Below, piece by piece: positions 25,840 to 37,633 of a stretch of DNA of 64,000 bases. A program made the translations under genes and the position numbers. The DNA is from Geosiphon pyriformis uo1 (taxonomy: Eukaryota; Fungi; Glomeromycota): contig JAAOMT010000441.1 in the NCBI GenBank assembly GCA_016748015.1, positions 310,001 to 374,000 on the forward strand, read 5' to 3'. The notes under the pieces are model-generated. The model saw only the letters and a list, made by a program, of their open reading frames with translations, ran no database searches and had not been told where the DNA came from. Every line of letters starts with the position of its first letter. Position 1 is the first letter of the stretch.

Positions 25840-28273
25840 ATGTCAAACACAAAAAGAATTCTGATAAAGAAGGAAAAAGTCTCCTTTTCCTCACCTCCCC
25901 TAGTCATAGGTCGCGGGGCTATGGGGGAGGTGTTTTTGGCAAAATATCAAGGAAAAGAAGTGGTTATAAAAAAGAGTCAGGTAAGAATATTCCCAAAGAA
26001 AGCATTAAATATTTTTCTGTTAAAAGTCTTCGAATCGGTTCGCCAATTTTGGAGAAACTTTTCTGGCTTTGTTGCACAACTTTTCTTAAAATATATTATT
26101 TGTCTACCGTTAATATGTTGCACAGCGCGACGATGTGGACGTTGCGTTAAAAGAATATAATAATTATTCCAAATTACAAAAGCATGAAAATATCTTGAAA
26201 TTTTATGGAGTTTTAAGAGATGGTCGACATTCGTTTTGTCTGGTGTTGGAATACGCGCCCAATGGAAATTTATCTAGCTATCTCAAAACGCATACCGTGA
26301 ATTGGGACTGGAAAGCAAAAGTTTGCAGAGATATCGCTCTCGGTCTAATGCATTGTCACGAAAACAATGTATTACATTTCGATTTAAAACCCGAGAATGT
26401 CCTATTGAACATTGATTGTGTTCCAAAATTAGCCGATTTCGGTGTATCCAAAACTAAAAGCCAAATGGTATTAGATAATAATAAGGCTGGTGGAACTCTT
26501 AATTATGTGGCTCCTGAACGAGTATGTCGTGATGAAAAGATGAGAGGTTTCTTTGAAAGGTTTGTAAAGAATGAAATTTTGTCAAAAATATACAATTTTC
26601 CAACTTTAATCTTTTTAATCTATCCATAAATTAGATTTCCTAAATTATCAGATGTTTATTCATATGGTTTAATTCTTTGGTCAGGTATTTAAGTGCCCTT
26701 TTTACTATCAATTTTTCCATATGACCTCTCGATATTAACATTAATAAAAATATCGATTTTTACGTAAATTAGTTGCCAACGATGGGGAACATCCCTACGA
26801 TGGATTAGATGACGATGAAATAAAGGACGCAAAACGATCTTTCCAATCTTCGATTCATCTAATGAAACAACTCCCAAAAGATGCACCAGAGGTCTATAAT
26901 CAACTAGTTTACGAATTAATAAATTTCAATCCTCAAGCCCGCGCCGAACTCTCAACTGCCCGGTTAGAATTGGAGTTTCTCTTCGAGGACGAAGAAGGTA
27001 ATATCCAAATATTCTTAAAAACTCTGAAAATTATAATTTAAAAAAAAAACCACCATTAAAAACAATTTGAAAATTACCCTCTTTAGGAGACAATCAAAAT
27101 ATTAATGAAAATAATGGAAACTTAGGAATTGGAGATATTTCGGAAGATGAATCGGATAACCCTTCACCTCCTGCAACAGATCCTGACATATCCGGCACAA
27201 GTCAAGTAGCATCTTCAACAACGATCGGAAGCTCAAATAAAAGTGAAATAGAATTTGACTATACCCAAGAGGAAGTGGTGAAATTAGTATCCAGTCCGAA
27301 GATGATTTTCATTGAGGACAAAACACTTCCCCCTGAGAAAACTGTTCCTCCAAATATTAAACTTCCAGAACCGGTTTTAATTCCTCATATGGCTTCACCA
27401 TCATCAACCTCTAGTGATCATAAATCACAAACGACTTTGCTAAATTCACCAATGTCACCCAGGACCGAATTCTTAAATGAAGAAAAATTAATCGAAGATG
27501 TTCTAAATGTGTTTATAGATTGGGAAAAGGCCACTGATAGTATAATGGAACAGCGACTTTATTTATTAGCTCAGGATAAGGAGATCAGACCAAGTAATAT
27601 ACTAACTGTTTTTATGTCTGAAAAGCGGCCATCAGCCGACATCTATTTTGCCCTCGGATTCATGAACGAACATGGATTCGGGAAGACGAAAGACCTGAAT
27701 CTTGCTTTTGTGAATTATGGGAAGGCAGCTAACTTGGGAGACGTTCGTTCTGAAATATATCTTGGATGGTGCTATTACAAGGGAACGGGTATTCCCAAAG
27801 ATCCTCAAAAAGCTTTTGATTGGTTCAAAAGTGCTGCAAACAAAGGATGTGTTTCAGCTTTAAATAATGTCGGCTGGTGTTATGATATCGGATTTGGAAC
27901 TTCTACTGATCCTGGAAAAGCCTTTGAATATTTTAAAGAGTCAGCAGAAAAAGGATATGCCACTGCACAATGCAGAGTTGCTGTATGTTACGAATACGGT
28001 CGAGGCACTGTAAAAGATTTACAACAAGCTATTGACTGGTATACAAAAGCTGCTGATAATGGTCATGAAATTGCTCGTAAAAGAGTAACTGAGCTTACAA
28101 GTTTTATTCCACACCAACGTAATAGTCATCGTAGAAGTTTTATCCGTGGTTTTGTGAGTGCTTTTCTTTTATATGTTCATTTGATTTCAAAATCTTTCTA
28201 TCATTAACCATATGGTGTTTTGACGTAGGAAAGGATTTTTTATGGCCCTTCAAGAGCCAGCACCACCCCATAA
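25840..28273 (+). CDS. TKL-like non-RD protein kinase with C-terminal Sel1-like repeats; 6 exons, ~653 aa
   Basis: Exons 25840-25980, 26126-26559, 26635-26684, 26773-26997, 27087-28153 and 28229-28273, joined by frame-consistent GT-AG introns. Motifs GRGAMG, VIKK, HFDLKPEN, DFG, APE, DVYSYG; ~4 Sel1 repeats (LGWCYYKGTGIPKDPQKAFDWFKSAA etc.). Confidence 0.9.
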
Positions 28274-29344
28274 TTGGCTCACACCGTTCCTGAAGTTAAA
28301 AATCTGGCTCGATTGGGTTGTTGACACAGAAATTTGCGCAAGTCGAAAAAATACCATTATGCTTCATTCCAACCTTGATCCATCTAAAAGACTTAATTTG
28401 CCTTTCCCTCCAAAATTTAAGACATAAGATATATTTTAATGAGATTCCCTGGGCTCTACTTTTGGCCATCGAGAGTTCGACCTATTTTTTCAACTTCATG
28501 ATTTTCTATTCAACCTCACAACCACGGTCCATCATATTATTCCAAAATTCTTCAATTATTCATGTTAATGTAATCTATAAGTCTTTTACAACCCTCTCAC
28601 CTCTAATATTTGTGTCATCTCTTTTCTTATTTATATCTTTGGTTCTGGGCCTTTGAAAGTTCGATTTGTGTAGTATTAGAAAAAAAATTCACTATTTCAC
28701 TTCTCAAGATCGCCTTTCTAAAAATTCTTTTGTAATTTACTTTTGTACTTAGAAAACTGAGGTCATTTATAGTCCAAAGTTAACATAGATTAAGGTAGTG
28801 CGGGCCAAAATCTTCCTCTTTTTTTTTAATACTCGGTTTTTTCCACTTTTTTAGACAAAATTAGGTGATTTTTTGATGTAAAAGATATTTTTGTATATAT
28901 ATATATATAAAGACAAATACTATAAATTCCCAAACTTGCACTTTTAATGATTGCGAAGAAAATTCTCTATCAAAATTTTTTTTAATTCATAAAAAATATA
29001 TTCAACGATCATCTTTTTTAAATCAGCGTATAAAGTTTTGGATTATTATCAAGTCAATTTTGAGTAGCGGAACAACTAAATTAGAACAAATATTTAGTGT
29101 CCCACTTTTGTACTCCTTAAGTTCAAGGTCACACTCTTTTATTGACCCTGATGCCTATTGTTCCTCCACTAATAGATCCCGCGTTGAACACACTTTTTTC
29201 TTTCTCGATTCCATTTGTTAAACTTGGTGTGCACTCAAACATAATACTCTTTTCAATAATAATAATAATAATAATAACAAGCCTATAAACAGTTGGAATT
29301 GGAAGGTTTTCCGGCAAAACTTAAAACTACGAATTTTACTGAGA

Positions 29345-32081
29345 ATGTCACAAAACCACCCACCCATAGACATGAACACTACTACTGCTACAAAAGCTAA
29401 CCTAAAGGCTTGGTGGAAACAGTTCACAGCAAAAAATGCTATTGTAAAAAAAAGTCCTGATGGAAAAGGAAAAGGTAAATATGATACTAAATTGTTAAAA
29501 TAATACACGTGACTCGAATCAAAACCTCATAATAAGAATTTTGAACTCTCTTGTTCCTTTTCAATAAAATTATAGCTGTTCAAGCAATATTTGGCGTTCA
29601 TCTTGCCGATGCTATAGAATATGCAAGTGTCCCAATATGCATGGCAGGCGCTGACGGGCGACAGTATGTATATGGCTATATACCGACTATTGTCGCAAAG
29701 TGTGGCATGTTTTTGAAAGAACATGGTAATCATTAATCAAAAAAGAGTGAAAATTGTACGATATTCAGCCAATAGACTGAAATACGCTTGTTATAATCGG
29801 CTAATGTTACCTTATTATTTCTTCGAAGCGACAACATCCGAAGGAATATTTCGCCTCAGTGGATCAGCTAAACGAATAAAAGAATTGCAGGCAATCTTTG
29901 ATTCCTCCCCTTCTTATGGCAAAACTCTTACATGGACCGACTATTCCGTGCACGATGCAGCAAATGTGCTCCGTAGATATTTAAATCATCTACCTGATCC
30001 AGTTATCCCTCAAAAATATTATGAAGAATTCAGATCAGTGTTTGGTATTTTTTTCACTTCATTTTCTCACTGCATTTTTACTGATATATATATATATATC
30101 TTGAGGACAAGTATTCACATATAGCTTTATATTCTTCTATCCTCAATAGTTAATTTACCTGACGCGCACGATAGAGTTCTCAGCTATAAAAAATTAATTA
30201 GTACACTACCCAAGGAGAATCAACATTTATTATTATATATTTTAGATCTTTTAGCTGTCTTTTCCTCAAAAGCATCTCAGAATCTCATGCCATCTAAAAA
30301 TCTTGCTTCTATATTTCAACCCGGCATTTTATCACATGAAGATCATGATATGGCTCCCGAACAATACAAATTGTCCCAAAAAGTTCTTGGATTTTTAATT
30401 GATCATCAGAATTTTTTCCTGATGGGTTTACCTCAAAGTCAGTCTCCTTACTACTCGAGCTCATTGCAACCGACAAGGCCTCCAGCAACTTCACCTTTTC
30501 CTATCGCAAAATCTTCATCTTTCAATCTTAACCGCACTAATACAATGATTGAACCTCCAAACCTAAATAACCCACAAAGACGTCCAAGCAATCGTCGATC
30601 AAGCTTCAGTATGAAGCGAAATGATGATGGTGTTTTTGAGCCAGTGTCTGATTCTCCTCATAATTCTCCAAAAAATCCATCCCCGCCATTGGGACGCACT
30701 ACAACGCTTGGTAGAAGTCGAACTTTACCAAGCAAAACCACAAAAAGGTACAGAGCTGGAGAAAATAATCACAAAGCAGAGGATAGAGGAAACGGTAAAT
30801 AATTATTTTCGTAATAGAATTTTTCATGATTCAGTGTGTATTCAACCCTTGTATGTATATATCCAACTATCAAATATCCCGGTCTGATTAGAGTGGACGG
30901 AACCAGAATCAGTTTAGTAAAGGAACTAATCAAATTTTAAGATTAAAGACATTACGCAAATTGGACTTTTGTTCTTTTCAAATAATGAAATTATAAAGGT
31001 GGAGAGGCTGAAGAGTAGATGCCTGATATTCTTTTTCATTTATATATTGCTTGATGCACATCAATTTAATTAATGACCTTTATTAACTGGATACTTTTTT
31101 CTATTTTCTTTAATCTTATATTTTTGAAACTCTCCCGGCGACCTATCAACGTCTCGGGATTGTATAAATCTTTTTTAAAATCATCCTTAAATAAAAAACA
31201 ACATGCGTTTTATTCGTCGACCATTGATGATTGATGAATTTTAAATACACCTTCAAATTCTTAAACTCCTTTTTATCATATGACGATATCTTTTCCCTTG
31301 TACATTATATTTCTACACTTCTTCTATTCCCTTTTTGTACAACGTAGTGTATAATACAACAATGACGACGACTACAACAACAACTCAAAGTCACACAAAA
31401 TCTCATAATTCAAGGCATCATTCGTCCAATAATTTTGGATCAACTAGATCTTTATGGTCAAGTAACTCCTTTAATACCAGAAGCGCTACAACACTCTCAA
31501 CAAATGCCAGCAAGCCTGCCAAACTTCGTAAAAAATCGCTATCAAGAAAAATGATGCAAAAACAAGAAAAGCAAGAACGTCAAGAACAATTGCAACAAAG
31601 TTCACGTATACAAAGAACATCTCGAGCTGGAGTAGCCACAAATAATAGTCCACGTGTTAATGATGAGAATTTTTCACGACTACATCATCCTAAAAGAATC
31701 AATTCCGTGACCGCACCACCGATACCTCAAAAGCCGATAAATTTAACATCACCAGTCCCTTCTGGTTATAAACCACGACCACAAAGACAAGGAACATCAG
31801 AAAGTTTGCCTTTAAACGAAGATGAAAAAGAGAACGGATCTGTTTCATCTTCCTCAACAAATAACTCAAAACGTAGACGCCGGCATTCCGAAACTGAAAG
31901 GCTTAAAATAATTGCCCGTGCTACTGGATCAAATTCGGAAACTAATATTACCAAAATTAAGGAAAAAATCCCGTTTTTATTGGAGTTAAGAAAAAAAATG
32001 GGGTTTGGTATTTATGGAGGGGATAGTAGTAGTAGCAGTGAAGAAAAACAGCAATATTCGAAAAAGATTAGACATGGGTAA
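29345..32081 (+). CDS. Rho GTPase-activating protein, Sac7/Bag7-like; terminal exon uncertain
   Basis: Exons 29345-29474, 29576-29725, 29829-30044 and 30150-30794, then a phase-compatible last exon at 31348-32081 (alternatives: 30892-30917, or read-through to the stop at 30802). Motifs IFGVHL, YGYIPTIVAKCG, arginine finger EGIFRLSGS, HDAANVLRRYLNHLPDPVIP, NLMPSKNLASIFQP. Confidence 0.85.
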
Positions 32082-34139
32082 TTTTGATATTTTGGTTATG
32101 ATCTCTATTATAATAGATCATAACCCAAATATCAACACTTGAAGAGAATTATCTCATTCTTGATTTCGAGAAACACCTAATTTTTTTTTGTACAATATTC
32201 CCCACTTCCCTCAAAAAATGTACAATATCGTGATCTTAATCGCAAACCTTTCTTAGTTTTTCAAACGAAAAAGTAGAGCCTTTATTTTATGAAGACTTGA
32301 ATATATTGACAGTCTCGGGCAGGATGAGCCAAAAAGAGATGCTGGGTAGGATATTTTCTTACCACACCAACCATATTCTCCTTAAAAATTACAAATATTC
32401 CTGAAATCATTAATTCCTTTCTCCCGGCTGTCAATTCTTCATTTTCTAATATTAGAAACATCATTGTAGTCAAACTACCAGGATCATCACGGTCACCAGT
32501 TTGACTAAAATTAATTTCACCTTATCATTCTCATTATCTTGGTCTCTCTTCTCCTTTCTACAAACTACAACACGCTCATAAATACATTCTTTTAAAAATA
32601 TTATTCATGCACACCATTATACATTCAACTTTTAATAATTGTAATACTCATTGCTAAATCCCTTACCCCCATCATATTATCACCAGTCACCTTTTTTCAA
32701 AATTCCACATCAATCACGAATAACGTCGCATACCATTTTCCTAACGTTCAAGCTTTTATTTGTGCAGCGATAATAAAAATATGAATATAAATAACTGGTT
32801 CGTCGTGAGATTGTCGCGAAACGATGATTTGAGTCGGATTTATTTAAGTAGTGAATTTAAAGTAGACTTGTTTCTAGAACAAATTATTCCTATTAACCAA
32901 AAGTTTTTTGCATCGAATTGCAGGATTCCACTCATTATCGTAAAAAATAAGGATATTCACCGTCGTCAAACCCACTGGCTAGAGTGCTCAATAAGAATAT
33001 TTCAGGACTATATAAATGGTTATAAGAGGTGTAGTTCCATTTTTTGTAGATTTATACTTATCTTAGAACCCTCAATTTAGGCCAATTCCAATAAAATCTG
33101 GATTTAAGAGATAACCTTTAATGATTTCTAAATAAGTCCTGGAATGGATTGAGTTGTACAATTATAGACAACATTGGCTATTACTAGCCAACATAACTTA
33201 TCATCCAACTGGTGCTTCAAAGAACAGCTCCATTCAGCAAAGTTTGAAGAAAATCCTTCAGGTGCTCAATTAATTATATGTTTTAAGTTCTCGCCGATCT
33301 TATCTCATTCATTGTCAGCTTTAGCTGTATATTATATTAAAAGCCATAATAAATCTTATCTTTTTTTTAAAAAAAAAATCCTATTATCTGTGAACATATT
33401 GTTGATAACAAAATTTGGTAAAGTATTAAAGTTTCACTTAACCATTATTTAAATTTTATTCAACTATTTAATAAAACTTAAAGAAAAATATTGTATGTAT
33501 TATTAATATTTTTATCAATATTCAAGTTATATTTATAACAATAAAAGAATTTCTTTTTTTCAAGTTTTTTATCAATTTACTTATACTAATTGCAAGTTTT
33601 GTTTGTATATATTTTTAAGATTATACATTTATATTTTATATTTTTTAGTTTTTGATAAAAGTTTTTTTTAAATCTTATGATATTTATATTATTATTTTTA
33701 AAAATATTTTGAAATTAATTTTTTGCTTTTAAATTTTTTTTTTTATCTGATTTGTATTAAAAAGTAAAATAATATTAATATTAAATGTTTACAAAAATTA
33801 TAAAACAGTTTTTTTGTAAACTTTATTTACAAAATTGCAAATTTATTAATATATTTGTGTTTATACATATTATGTTAAGTTATGTTTTTTTACAAAAGTC
33901 TAAATTATAAAAAAAATTAAACAATTAAGCACAAAACAAATACAGACAAGTTTTTAAATATTATTGTTGTTAATTTTATTATAATTATGTAAAAAATATT
34001 TATTGATTAATAAAGCAATAATTTATAAATTAATTATAATATTTTATTTTTGCTATTAACCTATTAAATTTAAAATATACAAATATTTAAATCTAAAAAC
34101 CAATTTTTATTTAGTTTTTATTATTATTAAAAAATAGTT

Positions 34140-34480
34140 TTTTTGGCAACCTAATTGGTCTATAAGTTATTATGTAATAATATTGTTTGTTAAATCATTA
34201 TTAAAGATTAGTTTGATAGATTGGTTATTAATTTTGATATTAATATACATAGTAGTAATCAGTTTAATATCAAAAATAGCTCTACTAAATAATAGTGTTT
34301 TAATTTGGTCTTCTAATTTAAAAAAAATATGATGATAAGTGATTCATCTTTAGTAATAGTTACTAGTAAAATGTTGTTAATGAGTAATTTGTTGTTGGTT
34401 TTTAGCAAGTTGGATGTTGTAATTTCTGAAATTACTAAAAAACTTAAATAGTTTTGAAGATTCAGGTTTTGAATATATTT
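34140..34480 (-). pseudogene. Highly eroded Ty3/Gypsy gag-protease remnant
   Basis: Minus strand reads ...ITTMYINIKINNQSIKLIFNNDLTNNIIT**LIDQLG, which aligns to the retropepsin segment QVAGYFINLILDSGLSVSVIAKHFFEAIG in the intact Gypsy, with G>A decay of DSG. Confidence 0.5.
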
Positions 34481-35727
34481 ATTTTCTAAATTTCTTATAA
34501 TATATATAAATATTTATTATTAAAGCAATTATTTATATATTAATTTGCTATTATAATATGTTTTTTTTGTTAAACCAATTATTATTATTATTTTAATATT
34601 TAAAATAAAACAAAAAATATATGTTAATTTTTTTTTATTGTAAATAATCTTTTTGTTTTTAAGATAATATTTTAAATTTATTTATTTATTTTTAAAATTA
34701 TAATAATTATAATAGTTATTAAAAACTAAACTTTTTGTTTTTTTTTTATTTGTGATTTTTTTGCCTAATATTTTAATATTAAAATGTTTATTTTCAAAAT
34801 TTTTGTAATTATTAATTAAACTTATGATTATTTTGTTATTTATTTTACTGTTTTTTTAGTTTTTAATTTTTATGTTTAAAACCAGATTAATTATTAAATA
34901 ATTATTTTCATAAATAAAATATATATTTATAGAACAGAAAATTATTTTTTTAGTTTTGTTTTTAAATTGTAATTTTTATTGTAATTGTTTTTATAAGCAA
35001 AACCAAAAACAATATAAAACAAATTGTTTAAGTTTTTATATTTTAATGTTTTGATAAATAACAAGTTTTTAAGCTTAAATAACTTTTTTATAATTTTATT
35101 AAAAACACTAACAATTATTTTTTTTTACATAAAACTATATTATTATAATATATTATTTTAATAAGTTTTAAAAATACTTAAAATTAAAATGTTTATAAAT
35201 TTTTTTTTGTTTTTTTTGTTTAAATATAGTTTTTATTATATAATTTTATAATAACAAATATATCATAAAATTCATTATTTAATATATTTAATATATTTAA
35301 AAATTTTATTTTTTTTACTTAATATAATTTAATTATTGCTTTGTTGTTATTTTTTGTTTTATATTTAAATATCATACAAAATTTCAGACTTTTTATTATT
35401 TTTTTACTTTTTGTTTTTTTAAATATAAAAAAAACTTGTTTTAATTTTATGCTTTTTATTGTTTATTCTTTTTTATTATTATTATTAATTAAAGTTTATA
35501 TTAATTATAATAATATTTTTAACCAAATTATTAATTATAAAAAAATAAAAAACATATTTTTTAAACTAAATTATAATATAATTGTTTTAATAAAATTTTA
35601 AATATTTTAAAAAAAACTCTTTCTTTCCTTCGTCCCAAATTCCTGAAAAAGAGTCATATTTTGAAAGTAGTTTTTTGTTTTTTACTCGCTGTACCTCAAC
35701 ATTTCTCTTACAAATAATCCTTTTATT

Positions 35728-37633
35728 GTGGACTTGGAAGCTGCTTTTGGTAGTAGTATGTCGAATAAGAAGGCTCCTGTTGGTGCTTCTTCTGATTCTG
35801 TTGGTGGTCCCTTCTCTCAAAAAAAAGAATTTCCCTTCGCCATATGAATCAGTCTGGTGATAGAAACAAAGCTGCTTTGGCCAAACCTATTTCTGGTGGG
35901 AGTCAATACTCGGATATGGAAAGTGATTCTGGTGACAGTGTTGCTAGTGGCATCTTGGCTGGTGGTAATGATGGTTCTTTTCTTGGCTCGGCTGCAACTA
36001 CTCCTAAGGCAAAGAGAGTTAAGAATAATTTGGACTGCGGTTCCCCTCTTGGTTTGTTAGATTACAACATGAATGATGATGATGGCGGTTTTCTCCCCCC
36101 TTCTCTTGGTATTCCTTTAGAAAAAATGTGGTTGGATCCCAAGATTGTTAAATCTCAAGTGGAAGTTGCTATTAGGAAATCCTTGCATTAGATATTAATC
36201 TCTCGGCTGTGGAAGGCAAATCAGCGACTGTAAAAACTCATTTGATCAGAAAATTGTTTTCAAAAATCAACAGTTTTGGGGGGGCCACTACCCCCTCAAA
36301 ATTTGAAGGGATCATCAGATTGACGTTTACTTTATCAGAGAGCATGGAAAAGACCGTATCATTGGCCAAGAAAAATAACATCATAGTAAACAACAATCTT
36401 AAGAGACAAGGAATTTGCTCAGATCGGGCCATAGTAATTAAGAAAATTTCCATGGACATGCCAAAGAAAATGATTATCGCCGCAGTATCTGAGTATGGTC
36501 AAATAGTGTCTATCAAAGTTCAGTTAATTGGGCTATGGCAGAAGGCTGTGGTGGAGTTTGCCGAATCTAGTCAGGCTGATCTGTTGGCGTCAAAATGGTC
36601 TTTCCTAATTGGAAAAGATTCTGTGTGTGTGGCCAAGGCTGTGGGAGATCGTGAGACATGGGCTTTTAGGGATCAATTCAGGGTGCTTCTGTTTACTTTG
36701 CCAGTGGCAACGACAGCTCATAACCTTGGGAATCTTTTGAAAGGGGCTGGTGAGAAAACTTGTATCATCAATTGTTCATTGGAGACTGGCAACAGAACAC
36801 GCTGTGCTGTGGTATGTTTTGAATCTGATGAAGCTATGGAATCAGTCTTTCACACAGAACCAATCTTGGGTAGAATGAAACTCTCATGGGCTAAGTTGGA
36901 TTTGGTTCGCTGTGAATGGTGTGGGAAGTTTGGTCATTCTGCCTTAGAATGTGATGCTGAGGTTGCATCAGATTTTCAGTTACACAAATCTTTTAAAAAG
37001 CCTGCTAACTTGGATACTTATCTCCAATTGGCCAAATTATATGCTAAAAAGAAGGTTCCGATCTCTCATCCTGTCACTTTTGGAGGCAAATCCTGGACCC
37101 AAGTGGTCTCAGTTGCTTCGGTCTTTTGTGTTTCTTTTGATGGCTCTGGTTCTGGTTCTCTGCTCTTTGGTGCTTTGAGTTCTGGTAATACCTCTCCCCT
37201 TCCCTCTATGGTCGATGCCCCCTTGGGTGCACATTTAGTGTGTCTGGAATGCTCTGTAGAGCTTTTATCTAATCAAATTTCGAACATTCTTCTTTGTTTT
37301 GACAATCTCAGTTTGGTGCCTTTAGCTCCTCCTTCTAATATGATTCCTCCGGTGGATACTTCTTAACTGTCTGTCTCTGGTTCTCTCATGGTGGCTAACT
37401 CTGACTTGAATTCCAACATGGTGTTAGACGTTCCTTTGACTCAACCCATTTCTTTCCCTTCTGGTGATGATAATTCTCAATTGGGTCATAGCAGTTCCAA
37501 GGTGCTGACTTCTAAAATTGGTGTTTTAGAATCGAAGTTGATTGCTCTCGATGTCTCCATTGGTTCAATTTTGGCGAAGTTAGAGCAGATGTGTGCTGGT
37601 TTGGGTCCTCTGGTCCTCTCTTCATCTCAATGA
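35728..37633 (+). pseudogene. LINE C ORF1 (type I; RRM-like + CCHC + C-terminal coiled-coil-like region)
   Basis: Homologous to A ORF1; CEWCGKFGHSALEC; frameshifts near 35820 and 36185 and a stop at 37364. Confidence 0.87.

Noticed and set aside
32282-33452. ORFs 32282-32473, 32760-33080 and 33174-33452 as genes
   Set aside because: Non-ATG starts in the track, no recognisable motifs and no supportable exon structure.
35341-35601. Hydrophobic F/I/L/K/N-rich ORFs in AT deserts (also 15586-15783, 5432-5770) as membrane proteins or organellar inserts
   Set aside because: The composition follows from near-zero GC; where a source is recognisable it is an eroded TE ORF.
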